Shown here: piece by piece, positions 11,765 through 21,443 of the stretch | Position numbering within the stretch: the first letter of the stretch is position 1 | How the letters are laid out: each line of letters opens with the position of its first letter | DNA from: Candidatus Berkelbacteria bacterium | GTDB taxonomy: Bacteria; Patescibacteriota; UBA1384; JACPKC01 | Assembly: GCA_016187225.1 (NCBI GenBank) | Contig: JACPKC010000006.1 | Span: 25,051 to 89,050 of the forward strand | Length of the DNA stretch: 64,000 nucleotides | Direction of reading: 5' to 3' | The notes under the pieces: generated by a model | The model's input: only the letters and a program-made list of their open reading frames with translations | What the model was told of the DNA's origin: nothing | Databases searched by the model: none | Position numbers and translations under genes: made by a program

Positions 11765-12688
11765 ATGAATATTTGGTCAATGACCCTCATCATTCTCGGT
11801 TTAAGTTTATTTGAGACTGTTTCTAGCATCGATAACGCGATTATCAATGCCGAGGTGCTCGGAACGATGCGAGCGCGAGCGCGACGCTGGTTTTTGATTT
11901 GAGGTTTATTATTAGCAGTCTTTTTAGTCCGCGGGCTCCTACCCTGGCTGATTATTTGGCTTGCCACGCCGGGTATTAGTCCCGCAGGCGCGTTCACAGC
12001 CGCATTTTCAAACGACCCTCGGGTTATCGTCGCAATCGAAGCGGCCGCACCCATACTCCTTACAGGCGGCGGCACCTTTCTTGTCTTTCTCTTTTTCCAC
12101 TGGCTGTTTTTAGAAGATAAGTATTTCGGTTTGCCCCACGAACGGATTCTGATGCGAACTGACCTATGGTTTTACGCAGTAATTTCTATCCTACTCTCGG
12201 CGATCGTCTGGTTTGCGCTCAAAACTGATCCAATGCTCGCTTTTGGCGCAACAGTTGGCTCAACAGCGTTCTTTATTACTCACGGCTTTAAGACGCAGGC
12301 TGAAAAAGGTGAGCAAGCGCTTCTGCACAGCTAGAACAATCTTTCAGATGTCTCCAAGATTCTTTATCTTGAGGCAATCGACGCGACTTTTTCAATTGAC
12401 GGTGTGCTCGGCGCTTTTGCTTTCACTCTTTCCGTGCCGCTAATTTTACTCGGCAATGGCATCGGCGCGCTGGTTGTCCGCCAGTTGACGCTTGGCAATA
12501 TCAAACGAATTAAACGCTACGTGTATCTAAAAAATGGGGCGATGTACTCCGTGCTCATTCTAGGTGGCGTCATGTTGACTGATGCGTTCGGCGCACATAT
12601 TCCGGAATGGTTTTCGCCCGTTGTCACGATTCTCGTAAATTGCTTACTTCTTCGGCAATCAATTCGAGCGTTCCGAAGCAGGTAAAAA
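11765..12688 (+). pseudogene. DUF475/TerC-like integral membrane protein gene interrupted by in-frame TGA (11900-11902) and TAG (12335-12337)
   Basis: One continuous reading frame carries DUF475-like motifs (TVSSIDNAIINAEVL ... LEAIDATFSIDGVLGAFAFTLSVPLILLGNGIGALVVRQLT). It is broken only by two nonsense codons, with no frameshift. The track shows only the fragments 12131..12334 and 12404..12685. Confidence 0.55.
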
Positions 12689-13132
12689 TAAAACCCCCGA
12701 AAAAGGGGGTTAAGCGCTGAAGTTCGGTAACTAGCGGCGCAACAACCAATAGTCAAGCGTCGCAAGCCAGATACCGATGGGCATGAGGAGGTAACTGATT
12801 GCAATGATCAACACCGCCACTGCCCAATGCACATGAAAGGTTTGGGTTTGGGCGACCCAACGCCAACGTTCCGACAGGCGCATTGCCTTAATTAAGACGT
12901 AGATCATACCAACGACAACCAATATAGTTATCGTATGGATTCTGGCAATGCCAGTAATCTCGCCAATGATCAAAGCAAAAAAAACTTGTCACAATAAAAA
13001 ACATAATGTTCTCCTTTTAAGTTTCAAGATCAGAAAGAGTATACACGAAGTCATTGACATTGAGACGATGTTGCCTCTATGATGCCAGGTTCCAATCAAG
13101 GGTTGGAAAATTTTAGAAGGGAATGATGTCAA

Positions 13133-13720
13133 GTGGGTTCTTTTAAAAATCAGCAAAATGGAAATGTGATCGCGGCGGCGAAAGCAGGCATTGTCTGCCT
13201 TTATGGAGTGTTCGACAACCAGCTCCGCAATTTTACCGAGATGGCTGGGTATCGGGATTATCTACGCGAATGCGCCGCAATCGTCGTGCGCGAAACAATC
13301 CCAATCGTGTATCTGGCGGGCGGGCACACGAACCCAAAGAGCAATTTCTCGGAAGCGAAATCGGTGGAGCGATACTTTCGAGATCATCTCGCACGCAATA
13401 AACCAGAGAACCAAATCAAAATCGAGCTTGAGGAGCGAAGTGTGAATACTCCACAAAATATTCACTTCTCGCTCACGCGGATACGGCTCGAATATCCGCA
13501 TCTTCGAGAGGTGCACATCTTTACCGATCGATGCCGCAAACTAAAAGGCATGGCGCTGGCGCATCACCTGTGCTTCGGGTTTCGGCACACTGTGCATGGC
13601 GTGCCGCGCATCGACACCCACCCAAACAGTGTCTGGTGGAAGCAGGCGATTCAGGCCTTCTGTTATTACTTTTTCTTCGAAAACATCCTGCGCGACATTG
13701 ATCGCGAGAAAAGGAGATGA
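13133..13720 (+). CDS. Hypothetical protein, possibly DUF218/YdcF-like
   Basis: A 195-aa ORF that ends in TGA-TAA. Similarity to DUF218 is weak and judged by eye only. Confidence 0.3.
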   Translation: MGSFKNQQNGNVIAAAKAGIVCLYGVFDNQLRNFTEMAGYRDYLRECAAIVVRETIPIVYLAGGHTNPKSNFSEAKSVERYFRDHLARNKPENQIKIELEERSVNTPQNIHFSLTRIRLEYPHLREVHIFTDRCRKLKGMALAHHLCFGFRHTVHGVPRIDTHPNSVWWKQAIQAFCYYFFFENILRDIDREKRR

Positions 13721-13802
13721 TAAGATTATTTTTTGTCTCTTCTTCAGATTCACCAGATATATCTGAAGAAGAAGATAAAAATCAGGAAAGGAGGAGAAAG
13801 GA

Positions 13803-14186
13803 ATGGAGATATACCTCTCCGATAAGCAGGTGCGGGTGCTGGTTGCCGTCGCCAAGGCCTCGAGCTTTGGTCGCTACCTTTACCCGCAATGGAGAGGCGC
13901 CATCGTCTATGACGATGGCAAAAGCGAGGTCTGGGAGGTGACGTGGCAAAATCCTTCCAACCTCAATCGCTGGCGGTTGAGGGGAGTGATTCAACAGAAC
14001 CTCCTGGAGAAGGTTCTGGGCCGAAAGGCCGAACTCCCTACACTCGGGACAGCGTTTTATTGTTGCGGCCTGGAACCGCAACAAGCGCTGGATTTTCGTA
14101 AGAAAATCCAGGCGAAAAAACAACCCCTCGCAGATCTCCCCGACCTGCAGGTTGTTGTTCGGCGCAACCCAACGAGCAGGAGGTAA
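13803..14186 (+). CDS. Hypothetical protein, first gene of a GC-rich two-gene cassette
   Basis: An excellent RBS (GGAAAGGAGGAGAAAGGA-ATG). Local GC is clearly higher than the flanks. Confidence 0.5.
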   Translation: MEIYLSDKQVRVLVAVAKASSFGRYLYPQWRGAIVYDDGKSEVWEVTWQNPSNLNRWRLRGVIQQNLLEKVLGRKAELPTLGTAFYCCGLEPQQALDFRKKIQAKKQPLADLPDLQVVVRRNPTSRR

Positions 14187-14188
14187 CA

Positions 14189-14473
14189 GTGGGAAACTCC
14201 TGCAAGGTGGGAAAGGCCGTACATCGGATCTGCGTCGCGGCCAAAAACGCACAGGAGATCCGTCTAGAGCTTGAACTTCGTGGCCAGGAAATTTGTCTGA
14301 CCGTCGAAGACGGGTCCTCGTTGGACTTCTGCGATCTCCTCGCAAAATGCTCGAACAACAAAACGGTGCCGAGCATAATCGCAGAGATCGCCGCTCTACC
14401 GCCTGAAAAGGTGGAAGAGTGGTTCCAGCGAAAGATGGATATGCAGGCAAGTCTCGTAGCACCTGGAAACTGA
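14189..14473 (+). CDS. Hypothetical protein, second gene of the GC-rich cassette (GTG start)
   Basis: An RBS AGGAGG sits 6 nt upstream of GTG. It starts 2 nt after the stop of the upstream gene, which suggests translational coupling. It is followed by the terminator cccacgctACCTGGAAagcgtgggttttt at 14495-14522. Confidence 0.45.
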   Translation: MGNSCKVGKAVHRICVAAKNAQEIRLELELRGQEICLTVEDGSSLDFCDLLAKCSNNKTVPSIIAEIAALPPEKVEEWFQRKMDMQASLVAPGN

Positions 14474-14522
14474 CGAGATTTGCCTCACCCCCCCAACCCA
14501 CGCTACCTGGAAGCGTGGGTTT

Positions 14523-15416
14523 TTACGTTTTTAGATAAATCACGGCGTGATATTTCTGCTCGGCGTCCTTAAGCCAATTATCAAACGATTGTTGGACAAC
14601 GCCCTGTTTTTCTAGGATCTCAATTGCGTGGTAGCCAAAATCGCTTTTAACTGGATTTTCCAGTATACCCGCGGGTGAGGAAAAAATTGCCTCCTCAATT
14701 ACCGGAAGCTGTTCGCCGCGCGCAACCCAACCCATATCGCCGCTGTTATCACGACTTTCTAGATGTTGGGAAAACTCTTTCGCAAGCGCGCTAAAATCGC
14801 CATTCTCGTTCTTGAGTTTACCGATCAACTCTTTCGCTTGATTTTCATCGGTGACCAAAATATGACGAAAATGCACTCGCTCCAAAAGCTCTGTTTTAAC
14901 TTTATCCTGCAATAAACGAATCTCAATCAGATCGCGTAAACGATCTCGACTCGAACCATAGAGCTCTTCAAGAATCGTATTTAATTCCTCCTCGCTCACC
15001 TCGCGCGGTTCGCCTTCTCCACCCTGCAAAACCAAAATTTCTTTATAAGCGGCGTCGATTTCAACTTGTTTCACTTTAAGATTAACATTTTTAGTCGCCC
15101 GTTTAATTGTGGCGTTAGAAACTAACAAATCAATCACCTGTCGACCAATCGGCGTACCAGGATCAACTGCTTCACCGGCTTGATTTGAGCGAGCGATAAA
15201 GGTTTCGATAAACGTTCGATAGTCTAAATACTCACGCGCCCAAATGAGTTGCCCCCCCACTCGCGCCACCGGGATCGGTAACCAACGAGCTAGCGAGCGG
15301 AGTTGAGGCGCATCATTGCCACGCAAGAAAGGTACGCCGATGCCAATCGTAATAAACACAATCAGACTTGCAACACCCGCGATCGTCCAGGGTAGCCATT
15401 TAGGAAATGCAGACAT
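14523..15416 (-). CDS. Parvulin-type peptidyl-prolyl cis-trans isomerase (PrsA/SurA-like), membrane anchored
   Basis: PpiC domain sequence (FRHILV...GDMGWVARGE...SDFGYHAIEI) with an N-terminal TM helix. Confidence 0.75.
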   Translation of the reverse strand: MSAFPKWLPWTIAGVASLIVFITIGIGVPFLRGNDAPQLRSLARWLPIPVARVGGQLIWAREYLDYRTFIETFIARSNQAGEAVDPGTPIGRQVIDLLVSNATIKRATKNVNLKVKQVEIDAAYKEILVLQGGEGEPREVSEEELNTILEELYGSSRDRLRDLIEIRLLQDKVKTELLERVHFRHILVTDENQAKELIGKLKNENGDFSALAKEFSQHLESRDNSGDMGWVARGEQLPVIEEAIFSSPAGILENPVKSDFGYHAIEILEKQGVVQQSFDNWLKDAEQKYHAVIYLKT

Positions 15417-15430
15417 ACATTCTTTTTAGT

Positions 15431-15967
15431 CTAGAAGCTGAACCAATCTGACGTCAAGACAACGCCCACCAGAGAAAGTGCCGAAAGTCCGAGCGCTGGC
15501 CAAAGCGATTTGAGCGGACGGGCAAGGTGTCGACATTCGAGGAGTTCGGCGACAATCAGGCCAACAATGACAATCACAAGCGCTCGAGAAGAAAAATTAG
15601 TTGGCCAAAAGAGCAAGATTAGAAAAATCTCAACTAAACCAATCGCCGCGGCATAGGCTAAAACAAGACTCGGCTTGTCAAAACGCATTAAAAGCCACAT
15701 AAACATAAGAACGCCAATCAAGAATAACAACGCTAAACTGCCCACCTCGCCAACGAGACCAAAAAATCGAATCTCAAAGGCAATCACCGACCACAAAAAT
15801 AAACTCATGAGAAGAGTTGCCCAGCGATTGTCTTGTCTCCAGGCCCAAAACGCTAAACAGCCGGCTAGAACACTAATGCCCCAAAGCCAAGCTGAATCAC
15901 GATCCATGAGGGGTAAGATGGTGACGCCTAAAATCAAAATTAGCGTGCCAAGGTTTTTGTTTGTCAC
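15431..15967 (-). CDS. Polytopic membrane protein, unknown function
   Basis: A 178-aa hydrophobic protein with four or five predicted TM helices. Confidence 0.5.
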   Translation of the reverse strand: MTNKNLGTLILILGVTILPLMDRDSAWLWGISVLAGCLAFWAWRQDNRWATLLMSLFLWSVIAFEIRFFGLVGEVGSLALLFLIGVLMFMWLLMRFDKPSLVLAYAAAIGLVEIFLILLFWPTNFSSRALVIVIVGLIVAELLECRHLARPLKSLWPALGLSALSLVGVVLTSDWFSF

Positions 15968-17328
15968 GGCGTTAAGACCACTGGCTCATAGTCTGCGCCT
16001 AAAGTTAAAACCAAATCGGCGGTTTCGCCTTCGGGCTTGGCGCTTGTCTCAACCTTTGCATTCAAGCGATCCGAAAGAAAATTAACCGTAAACGGCGCTC
16101 GACCTTGTGAATAATCATGTAGAACCGTTGCGGGCGCATCAACGATTTTATCGATTGAGACAATGTTATAACCTAAACTTTTAAGATCGAGCTCAAGTTC
16201 GTGCGCCAACCCAGGTTTACCACTGGCATTCAAAATCTCGATTTTAGCGTTTTCACGTTTTAAGTTTGGATCGGTAAAGAGTTCATGCGCGATCCGTTGC
16301 ACTTCCTTGAAGTTGCCTGTTTTTGGCACAAGATAATAACCACCCTCATTCACGGTCATAAGCGGCCCATCGCTACCATTATCGAGTACCTTGGTGACAA
16401 TGCCACCCGAGTCGACGGTATTGAGAATGCGATAGAGGCGTTCAAGCTCGGTTAAGCTCAAATCGGTGCGCACATGCTCGCCTAAAATCCCCATAATTTC
16501 AGAAAGCTTCCTTGGATTTGCAAGAATATCGAGCGAGAGGGAACGATCGCGGACTGCGAGCAAAATCTGTTGCTGGCGACTAGCGCGATCAAAATCTGAA
16601 GTCGTTTGGCGCGAGCGCGCATACTTAAGCGCAATCGTGCCATTGAGTTTCTGCGTGCCAGCCCCAATCGAAAAAGGTTGATAGCCTTCCAATTTTTCAT
16701 CTGGATAGAATGGATCATCAAGCGCCTTGGGTATCTCAACTGTGATGCCACCAAGAGCGTCGATGAATTTAATGAAACCGGTAAAATCGACTCTCACAAA
16801 ATAATGGATCGGCAAATCAAGCACATTGCCAACTGTCTCCTTTAGCACCTTAGGGCCATTGCCCGGCTCCTGACTTTCGCCGTATGAATGGGCGGAGTTG
16901 ATCTTACCGTTGCCATTACCGGCAATCGGCACACGCAAATCGCGTGGCAGAGAAAGTAAGGCAAGTTTTTTATTTTCAGGATCAAGGCTGGCGACCATTA
17001 TTGTGTCCGCAAGCGCTCCGCCTTTGTGTCCGCTTCCGCCAATTCCGATAAACAAAATATTGATCCTCCCATCCCCCTCGCCTTTCAAAGCATTGGGATC
17101 AAGTGTCTCGCCGAAGAACTTTAGAATTGGAGATTGAGTGTCAGAACTATCACTGACTTGAGTAAAAGCCCGCACCGCGCTCCAGCCAAACCAGACAATC
17201 CCCGCGAGAATAAGCGCAGAAACTATAAGAGTAAAAATCTTCGTTGGCGAAAGCTTGTAGGTTCGAAACTTATTCAAGCTCTGGCCATGATTTTTATCGA
17301 TATCGCTTTGAGATTGAGAAGACGACAT
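15964..17328 (-). CDS. LytR-CpsA-Psr (LCP) family cell-envelope phosphotransferase
   Basis: An N-terminal TM helix followed by the LCP core (NILFIGIGGSG...ADTIMVASLD). Confidence 0.75.
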   Translation of the reverse strand: MSSSQSQSDIDKNHGQSLNKFRTYKLSPTKIFTLIVSALILAGIVWFGWSAVRAFTQVSDSSDTQSPILKFFGETLDPNALKGEGDGRINILFIGIGGSGHKGGALADTIMVASLDPENKKLALLSLPRDLRVPIAGNGNGKINSAHSYGESQEPGNGPKVLKETVGNVLDLPIHYFVRVDFTGFIKFIDALGGITVEIPKALDDPFYPDEKLEGYQPFSIGAGTQKLNGTIALKYARSRQTTSDFDRASRQQQILLAVRDRSLSLDILANPRKLSEIMGILGEHVRTDLSLTELERLYRILNTVDSGGIVTKVLDNGSDGPLMTVNEGGYYLVPKTGNFKEVQRIAHELFTDPNLKRENAKIEILNASGKPGLAHELELDLKSLGYNIVSIDKIVDAPATVLHDYSQGRAPFTVNFLSDRLNAKVETSAKPEGETADLVLTLGADYEPVVLTP

Positions 17329-17354
17329 TGGTCTATTAGTTTACCACAAGGCGC

Positions 17355-17732
17355 TTACTGCATGCGCTCGAGGGTGAGGAAGGAAAAGCGTTTTTTAGTT
17401 CGACGTTTAAGCCTGCTCCAAAGAGTACGGGGCGAGAAAGTTGTAATTTCTGCGCTGTGGATGAGTTCAACGGGTAAATCTAAAACCCAGCCTGTGGCTT
17501 GCATTAGCGCCAAAGTTACTCGAACCGAAGTGCGACTATGCGGAACCACTAGAACGCCAAGCTGGTGCAAATCTTGCCAAGTTAAACTGTGCCGAGCCAA
17601 AAATTCAGCGATTAGTTTTTCTTCACTGCGTTCTTCTGGCTCCAGAACCAGAAGCTCTTCATACTCCTTGGCATTGACAAATAATGTCAACCTTAATTGG
17701 GTGCGATCGGCGCCGACTACTAAGCGTTTCAT
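17355..17732 (-). CDS. tsaB: TsaB-like (inactive Kae1 paralog) short protein
   Basis: An N-terminal actin-like fold sequence (MKRLVVGADRTQLRL...). It overlaps tsaE at its start, as is typical for tsaE-tsaB pairs. Confidence 0.45.
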   Translation of the reverse strand: MKRLVVGADRTQLRLTLFVNAKEYEELLVLEPEERSEEKLIAEFLARHSLTWQDLHQLGVLVVPHSRTSVRVTLALMQATGWVLDLPVELIHSAEITTFSPRTLWSRLKRRTKKRFSFLTLERMQ

Positions 17733-18166
17733 TTGCGTACCTCGATTTTTACGCATCTTTTGCCCTGACGGCTGAAAGAAAAATACAAGAGATAGTGTGC
17801 CTGTTCAATAATTTCAGGCAGATTGTCAATCCATTCAACGAGTGTCGCTCCTTCAGGATTTTCGAGGGTTAAGCCAAGCGCTTCGAAATCTTGTTTGCGA
17901 GTCAAGCGATAAAGATCAAGATGGTGAAGACGTTTAATACCTCTCACTGCTTGTGGCAACTTATAAATTTGCTCATAAACAAAGGTTGGCGAGATAACTT
18001 CGGCTTGTAGACCTAAATCGAGCAGTAAATGACGGACAAAGGTTGTTTTACCAGTACCTAAAAAACCAACCAAGCCGACAATTAGACCGGGTTTTAAGTT
18101 TTTCGCGAGCTCGTGAGCGACTGCCGTCAGTTCATTCAAAGTCTGAATTGGGAAAACTCGTTTCAT
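17729..18166 (-). CDS. tsaE: tRNA threonylcarbamoyladenosine biosynthesis protein TsaE (YjeE)
   Basis: A P-loop GFLGTGKTTFVRHL in a roughly 145-aa protein. Confidence 0.8.
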   Translation of the reverse strand: MKRVFPIQTLNELTAVAHELAKNLKPGLIVGLVGFLGTGKTTFVRHLLLDLGLQAEVISPTFVYEQIYKLPQAVRGIKRLHHLDLYRLTRKQDFEALGLTLENPEGATLVEWIDNLPEIIEQAHYLLYFSFSRQGKRCVKIEVRK

Positions 18167-20367
18167 ATTTTCATTCCGGCTTGGATCAAACCTATTGATC
18201 GTATCTCCAATTTCTGTCGAAGAGCAAGTAAGACACCGTCGACTAACAGAATACCGGCCATGAGGAGCGCCGCCAAGGCTCCGTAACTGCCTAATCGCCC
18301 TAGGGTAAGTGTTGGTCGGATAATTTTAGCGCCAAGCACGCGAGTAAAAGGCGGGGTACTTTGACTATCAGGCAAGACGCCGATTTCTGATTTGACAAAT
18401 AAGTCGGGCGCAAGATCAATCACTTCCTCATCATCTGCTACTCCGTCTTCATAGTCGCCGACAGACTCTCTTGTTGCCACCGCTGGATCTTCTCTTTCCG
18501 ACTCAGTTGAATCTGATTGTGCGCTGATTATTTCTTCAGTTTCACTCGTCGTCTCCTCTCTCAACACAGTCAACTCTTCGGCATCCAAGACACGAATTGT
18601 CAAAGGTTCAAGAGCCACAATAATTCCCTGTCCAGAAATTTCGCTCTGTTCAACTAGCGCAGGAAACACGACGCCTTTTTTACGAGAAAGATGGAAACTG
18701 TGATTTTCTGTTTGAATAATTGGCACAGAACCAGTTTTAACGACTATCCCTTGGAAGACTGTCACCTTTAACAGGTTTAACTCCTCGAGCTCGTCAAGGG
18801 ATTTCTTTTTCAGCTCTTGATGGCCAATGTGTTTAGCATCGTCAGGATTTGCCAGAAGGAGACGCGGTAAAGCGGCTTTGGAAACTTTAGCCACGATTTC
18901 AATGCGATCACCCGGCTGAAATGTAAGTGCGACACCATCACGAAGCTGAAGTTCAGCGGCAATCTGATCATCCCCGACAACAAGATGATGATCTGAATAA
19001 GCGCCTTGCACCAAAAGTACAGTTGCTTCGGTTCGGATCGTTTGATTTGCGAACTCATCCTTACCAATAATCAACTCCCTGAATGAATGGAATTCAATTG
19101 AAGAATCAGATGAGTCTTGCTCTTCGGATTCTTTAACGCCTCCCTCTGGAAGAATATCGGCATTTTCCACCCCGGGCGTGGGCGATGTCCAACCCCAACT
19201 GCCTTTTTTTGACCAACTTTTGTTAAACGACGCGCTCCCAAAACTCACATTCTCCACCTCTACCCCATTTGGAGCGATCAAGCGCACCATATCACCTGAA
19301 TTATTTAACTGTAACTTGGTTTGATTGCCTCCAAAAATTACTCGCGAACGACCCTCGATAACAACTGAATCCTCAAACGTGTAGGGGCGACTGCCGCCCT
19401 CATTAATATCGTCAATCTGCCAACCGATTAAGTTCACTGCCGTCTCACCCAGATTCTCAAGCTCAACAAACTCCTCGGCGCCCTCATTTGGGCGAGGGAG
19501 AATTTCCGATAGATGAATATCCTTACTGATCTGATTTGCCACACAGGGATAAGAAAAATTTTGGACAACCGATCCATTCCGCAAAACCTCGAGGCGCGCC
19601 TCGAGAAGACCGAATTGTGTCGGGAGTTCGAGGAAAAATCGGTATTTATTTGTTTCAATCAGCTCGCCTTCAGGACTTTGATTTTGCAAAATCAACCTTA
19701 AACGTTCGGGCACGCCGCCACTTAAAGCAATATCGAGCGGAATAGCGCCGCCTTGTTCCGGCCAAATCAAGCGGCAAGTTTGTTCCGCAAACTTAAGCGT
19801 CATGCTTCGTTCAGGGGTACCTAGATCATTGAGGTTGGCGTCTAAATTACGGGCTGTATTCGCATTTTGCCAGGCAGTCGCTTGAGCGCCAGATTGGCTA
19901 AAATCAACACGCTCCATCGAAGTTGGAGGCGATGTGGCGCCGGCAAAAGGCTTGCCTCCATCACCAGCTTGATCGATGACGTTTGCATCCGTAGCGCGCA
20001 ATTCGAGCGCAAGGGCGCTATTGCTAAGAGAAAGTTTCGAGTTAATCAAATCTGGTTCAAGATTAAGCGCCGACTCGCCGCCGCTGAAAGTATCGGCGGG
20101 ACCATTATTCGCGATCAGAAAAAAATCTCCCGGAGCAAGTTGGGTGTTCTCGGGAATCGTAATCAACTCGCGAGGTTCACTGCTCATAGACCAAATACTC
20201 CAGTGCGACAGATCAATAGATTCGGCGCTAATATTTTTCAGTTCAAGCCACTCATCGGCAGTCGAACGGCTTGATCCGGCCCAGGCAATTTCGCTAATGC
20301 CGACTGTTGGCGTGCTTGCTGAAACCCAACTTGGCAGTAAAAATAGAAAAAGAATTAGCCACGTCAT
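18163..20367 (-). CDS. Secreted surface protein with two lamin-tail (LTD) domains and a C-terminal TM anchor
   Basis: A signal peptide, then the LTD signatures ISEIAWAGS...EWLELKN and LSEILPRPNEGAEEFVELENLG, and a hydrophobic C-terminus. Confidence 0.7.
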   Translation of the reverse strand: MTWLILFLFLLPSWVSASTPTVGISEIAWAGSSRSTADEWLELKNISAESIDLSHWSIWSMSSEPRELITIPENTQLAPGDFFLIANNGPADTFSGGESALNLEPDLINSKLSLSNSALALELRATDANVIDQAGDGGKPFAGATSPPTSMERVDFSQSGAQATAWQNANTARNLDANLNDLGTPERSMTLKFAEQTCRLIWPEQGGAIPLDIALSGGVPERLRLILQNQSPEGELIETNKYRFFLELPTQFGLLEARLEVLRNGSVVQNFSYPCVANQISKDIHLSEILPRPNEGAEEFVELENLGETAVNLIGWQIDDINEGGSRPYTFEDSVVIEGRSRVIFGGNQTKLQLNNSGDMVRLIAPNGVEVENVSFGSASFNKSWSKKGSWGWTSPTPGVENADILPEGGVKESEEQDSSDSSIEFHSFRELIIGKDEFANQTIRTEATVLLVQGAYSDHHLVVGDDQIAAELQLRDGVALTFQPGDRIEIVAKVSKAALPRLLLANPDDAKHIGHQELKKKSLDELEELNLLKVTVFQGIVVKTGSVPIIQTENHSFHLSRKKGVVFPALVEQSEISGQGIIVALEPLTIRVLDAEELTVLREETTSETEEIISAQSDSTESEREDPAVATRESVGDYEDGVADDEEVIDLAPDLFVKSEIGVLPDSQSTPPFTRVLGAKIIRPTLTLGRLGSYGALAALLMAGILLVDGVLLALRQKLEIRSIGLIQAGMKI

Positions 20368-21209
20368 AATTTTTCTCCTAAAGACACCGTTTTACCCTCA
20401 GTTAATTCACCGTCGAGCGAAGCTGAACCCCTAGCGGGTGGCAAGCGATTAGGCGAGATGTCGATTTCTTGCAGATGTTCTTTGGCTTCAGTGGTCTGGG
20501 TGACAAGATCCTCATGAAAATGATCGGGATCATAGTCATGGGGAGCGTGCGCGTGTAGTTGCTTAAGACGACTCTGAAGTTCTGCCTCTTTTGAATTTGC
20601 TTGAGAAAGCTCTAGGGCGCGGGGCGACATAATTTCTTCATGGCCAGCAGTCCCAATGCGCATTGCTAGGCGATCATTGAGCATCAGAATGGTATTTGCG
20701 ATCACATGCGGTTTGGGGACATAATTCATAACAAAATTCGGCGCCTCACCAGCGCTCTCAACAACAACTGTCCCATAGCGGAAAAAAGTTTGAATATAAC
20801 CATTCATTTGCGCAGACACATCCTGGACACGGAGTAAACTTAACTCTGCCACTCTTCGATTAAATAAACCCACTTGTTTAACATGAAGCAAACGTTCAGG
20901 TGTAATTATAGCCACGTCAAGATAATGCTCAATCCACGCAGTTAAAAAGACCGCATCCGTGATCAACAAATATCCTCCGATCGTGAGAGATGTAAGAACT
21001 AAGTTTAAGCCTTTGAAGAAACCTATACCCTGGTAACTCACGACCGTGAAAAAAATGACGATCGGAATTATAAGCATGACAAGCACAAATAACAGCCAGC
21101 CAGCGAATGCCATCCAATGTCTCCGGACAAAGATTAGGATTTCTTCATTTTCAAGTTGCCCGGGGAAGAGATCGCTCTCCTTGCCGGTGACAAGATTAGT
21201 CTGAATCAT
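20364..21209 (-). CDS. Membrane protein with a bacterial PH (YdbS/YdbT-like) domain
   Basis: Two TM helices followed by a PH-like region, judged by eye. Confidence 0.4.
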   Translation of the reverse strand: MIQTNLVTGKESDLFPGQLENEEILIFVRRHWMAFAGWLLFVLVMLIIPIVIFFTVVSYQGIGFFKGLNLVLTSLTIGGYLLITDAVFLTAWIEHYLDVAIITPERLLHVKQVGLFNRRVAELSLLRVQDVSAQMNGYIQTFFRYGTVVVESAGEAPNFVMNYVPKPHVIANTILMLNDRLAMRIGTAGHEEIMSPRALELSQANSKEAELQSRLKQLHAHAPHDYDPDHFHEDLVTQTTEAKEHLQEIDISPNRLPPARGSASLDGELTEGKTVSLGEKL

Positions 21210-21415
21210 AAAGTTAGAGCTCCGATTATGATACCAACGAACGTGAGTAAAATAACGACGCTTGCAAAACCAATGTAGGCGCGCAACATTGATTGTGAGG
21301 CATCACCTGAATATCCATATTCGTTCAAATGATGAGCGGCGTAAACAGAATAGAGGACAAATGTTAGCAGGAGACAAAGATACACGATAATCGCGAAATA
21401 AAAGAGAGGACTCAT
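21206..21415 (-). CDS. Small 69-aa membrane protein
   Basis: Two hydrophobic helices, with overlapping stop/start to the downstream gene. Confidence 0.4.
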   Translation of the reverse strand: MSPLFYFAIIVYLCLLLTFVLYSVYAAHHLNEYGYSGDASQSMLRAYIGFASVVILLTFVGIIIGALTL

Positions 21416-21443
21416 AAAATTAGGTAATTAGTGGGGAATACAT

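Noticed and set aside
12731-12973. 80-aa minus-strand membrane ORF (TTG start)
   Set aside because: The strong RBS upstream (AAAAGGAGAACATT-ATG) is in a different frame and gives only a 38-aa peptide. Neither product is convincing, so this is left unannotated.
13782-14501. 239-aa minus-strand ORF spanning the GC-rich cassette
   Set aside because: It has no RBS. It is a typical long antisense ORF of GC-rich DNA. The two plus-strand genes have perfect RBSs, coupling and a terminator.
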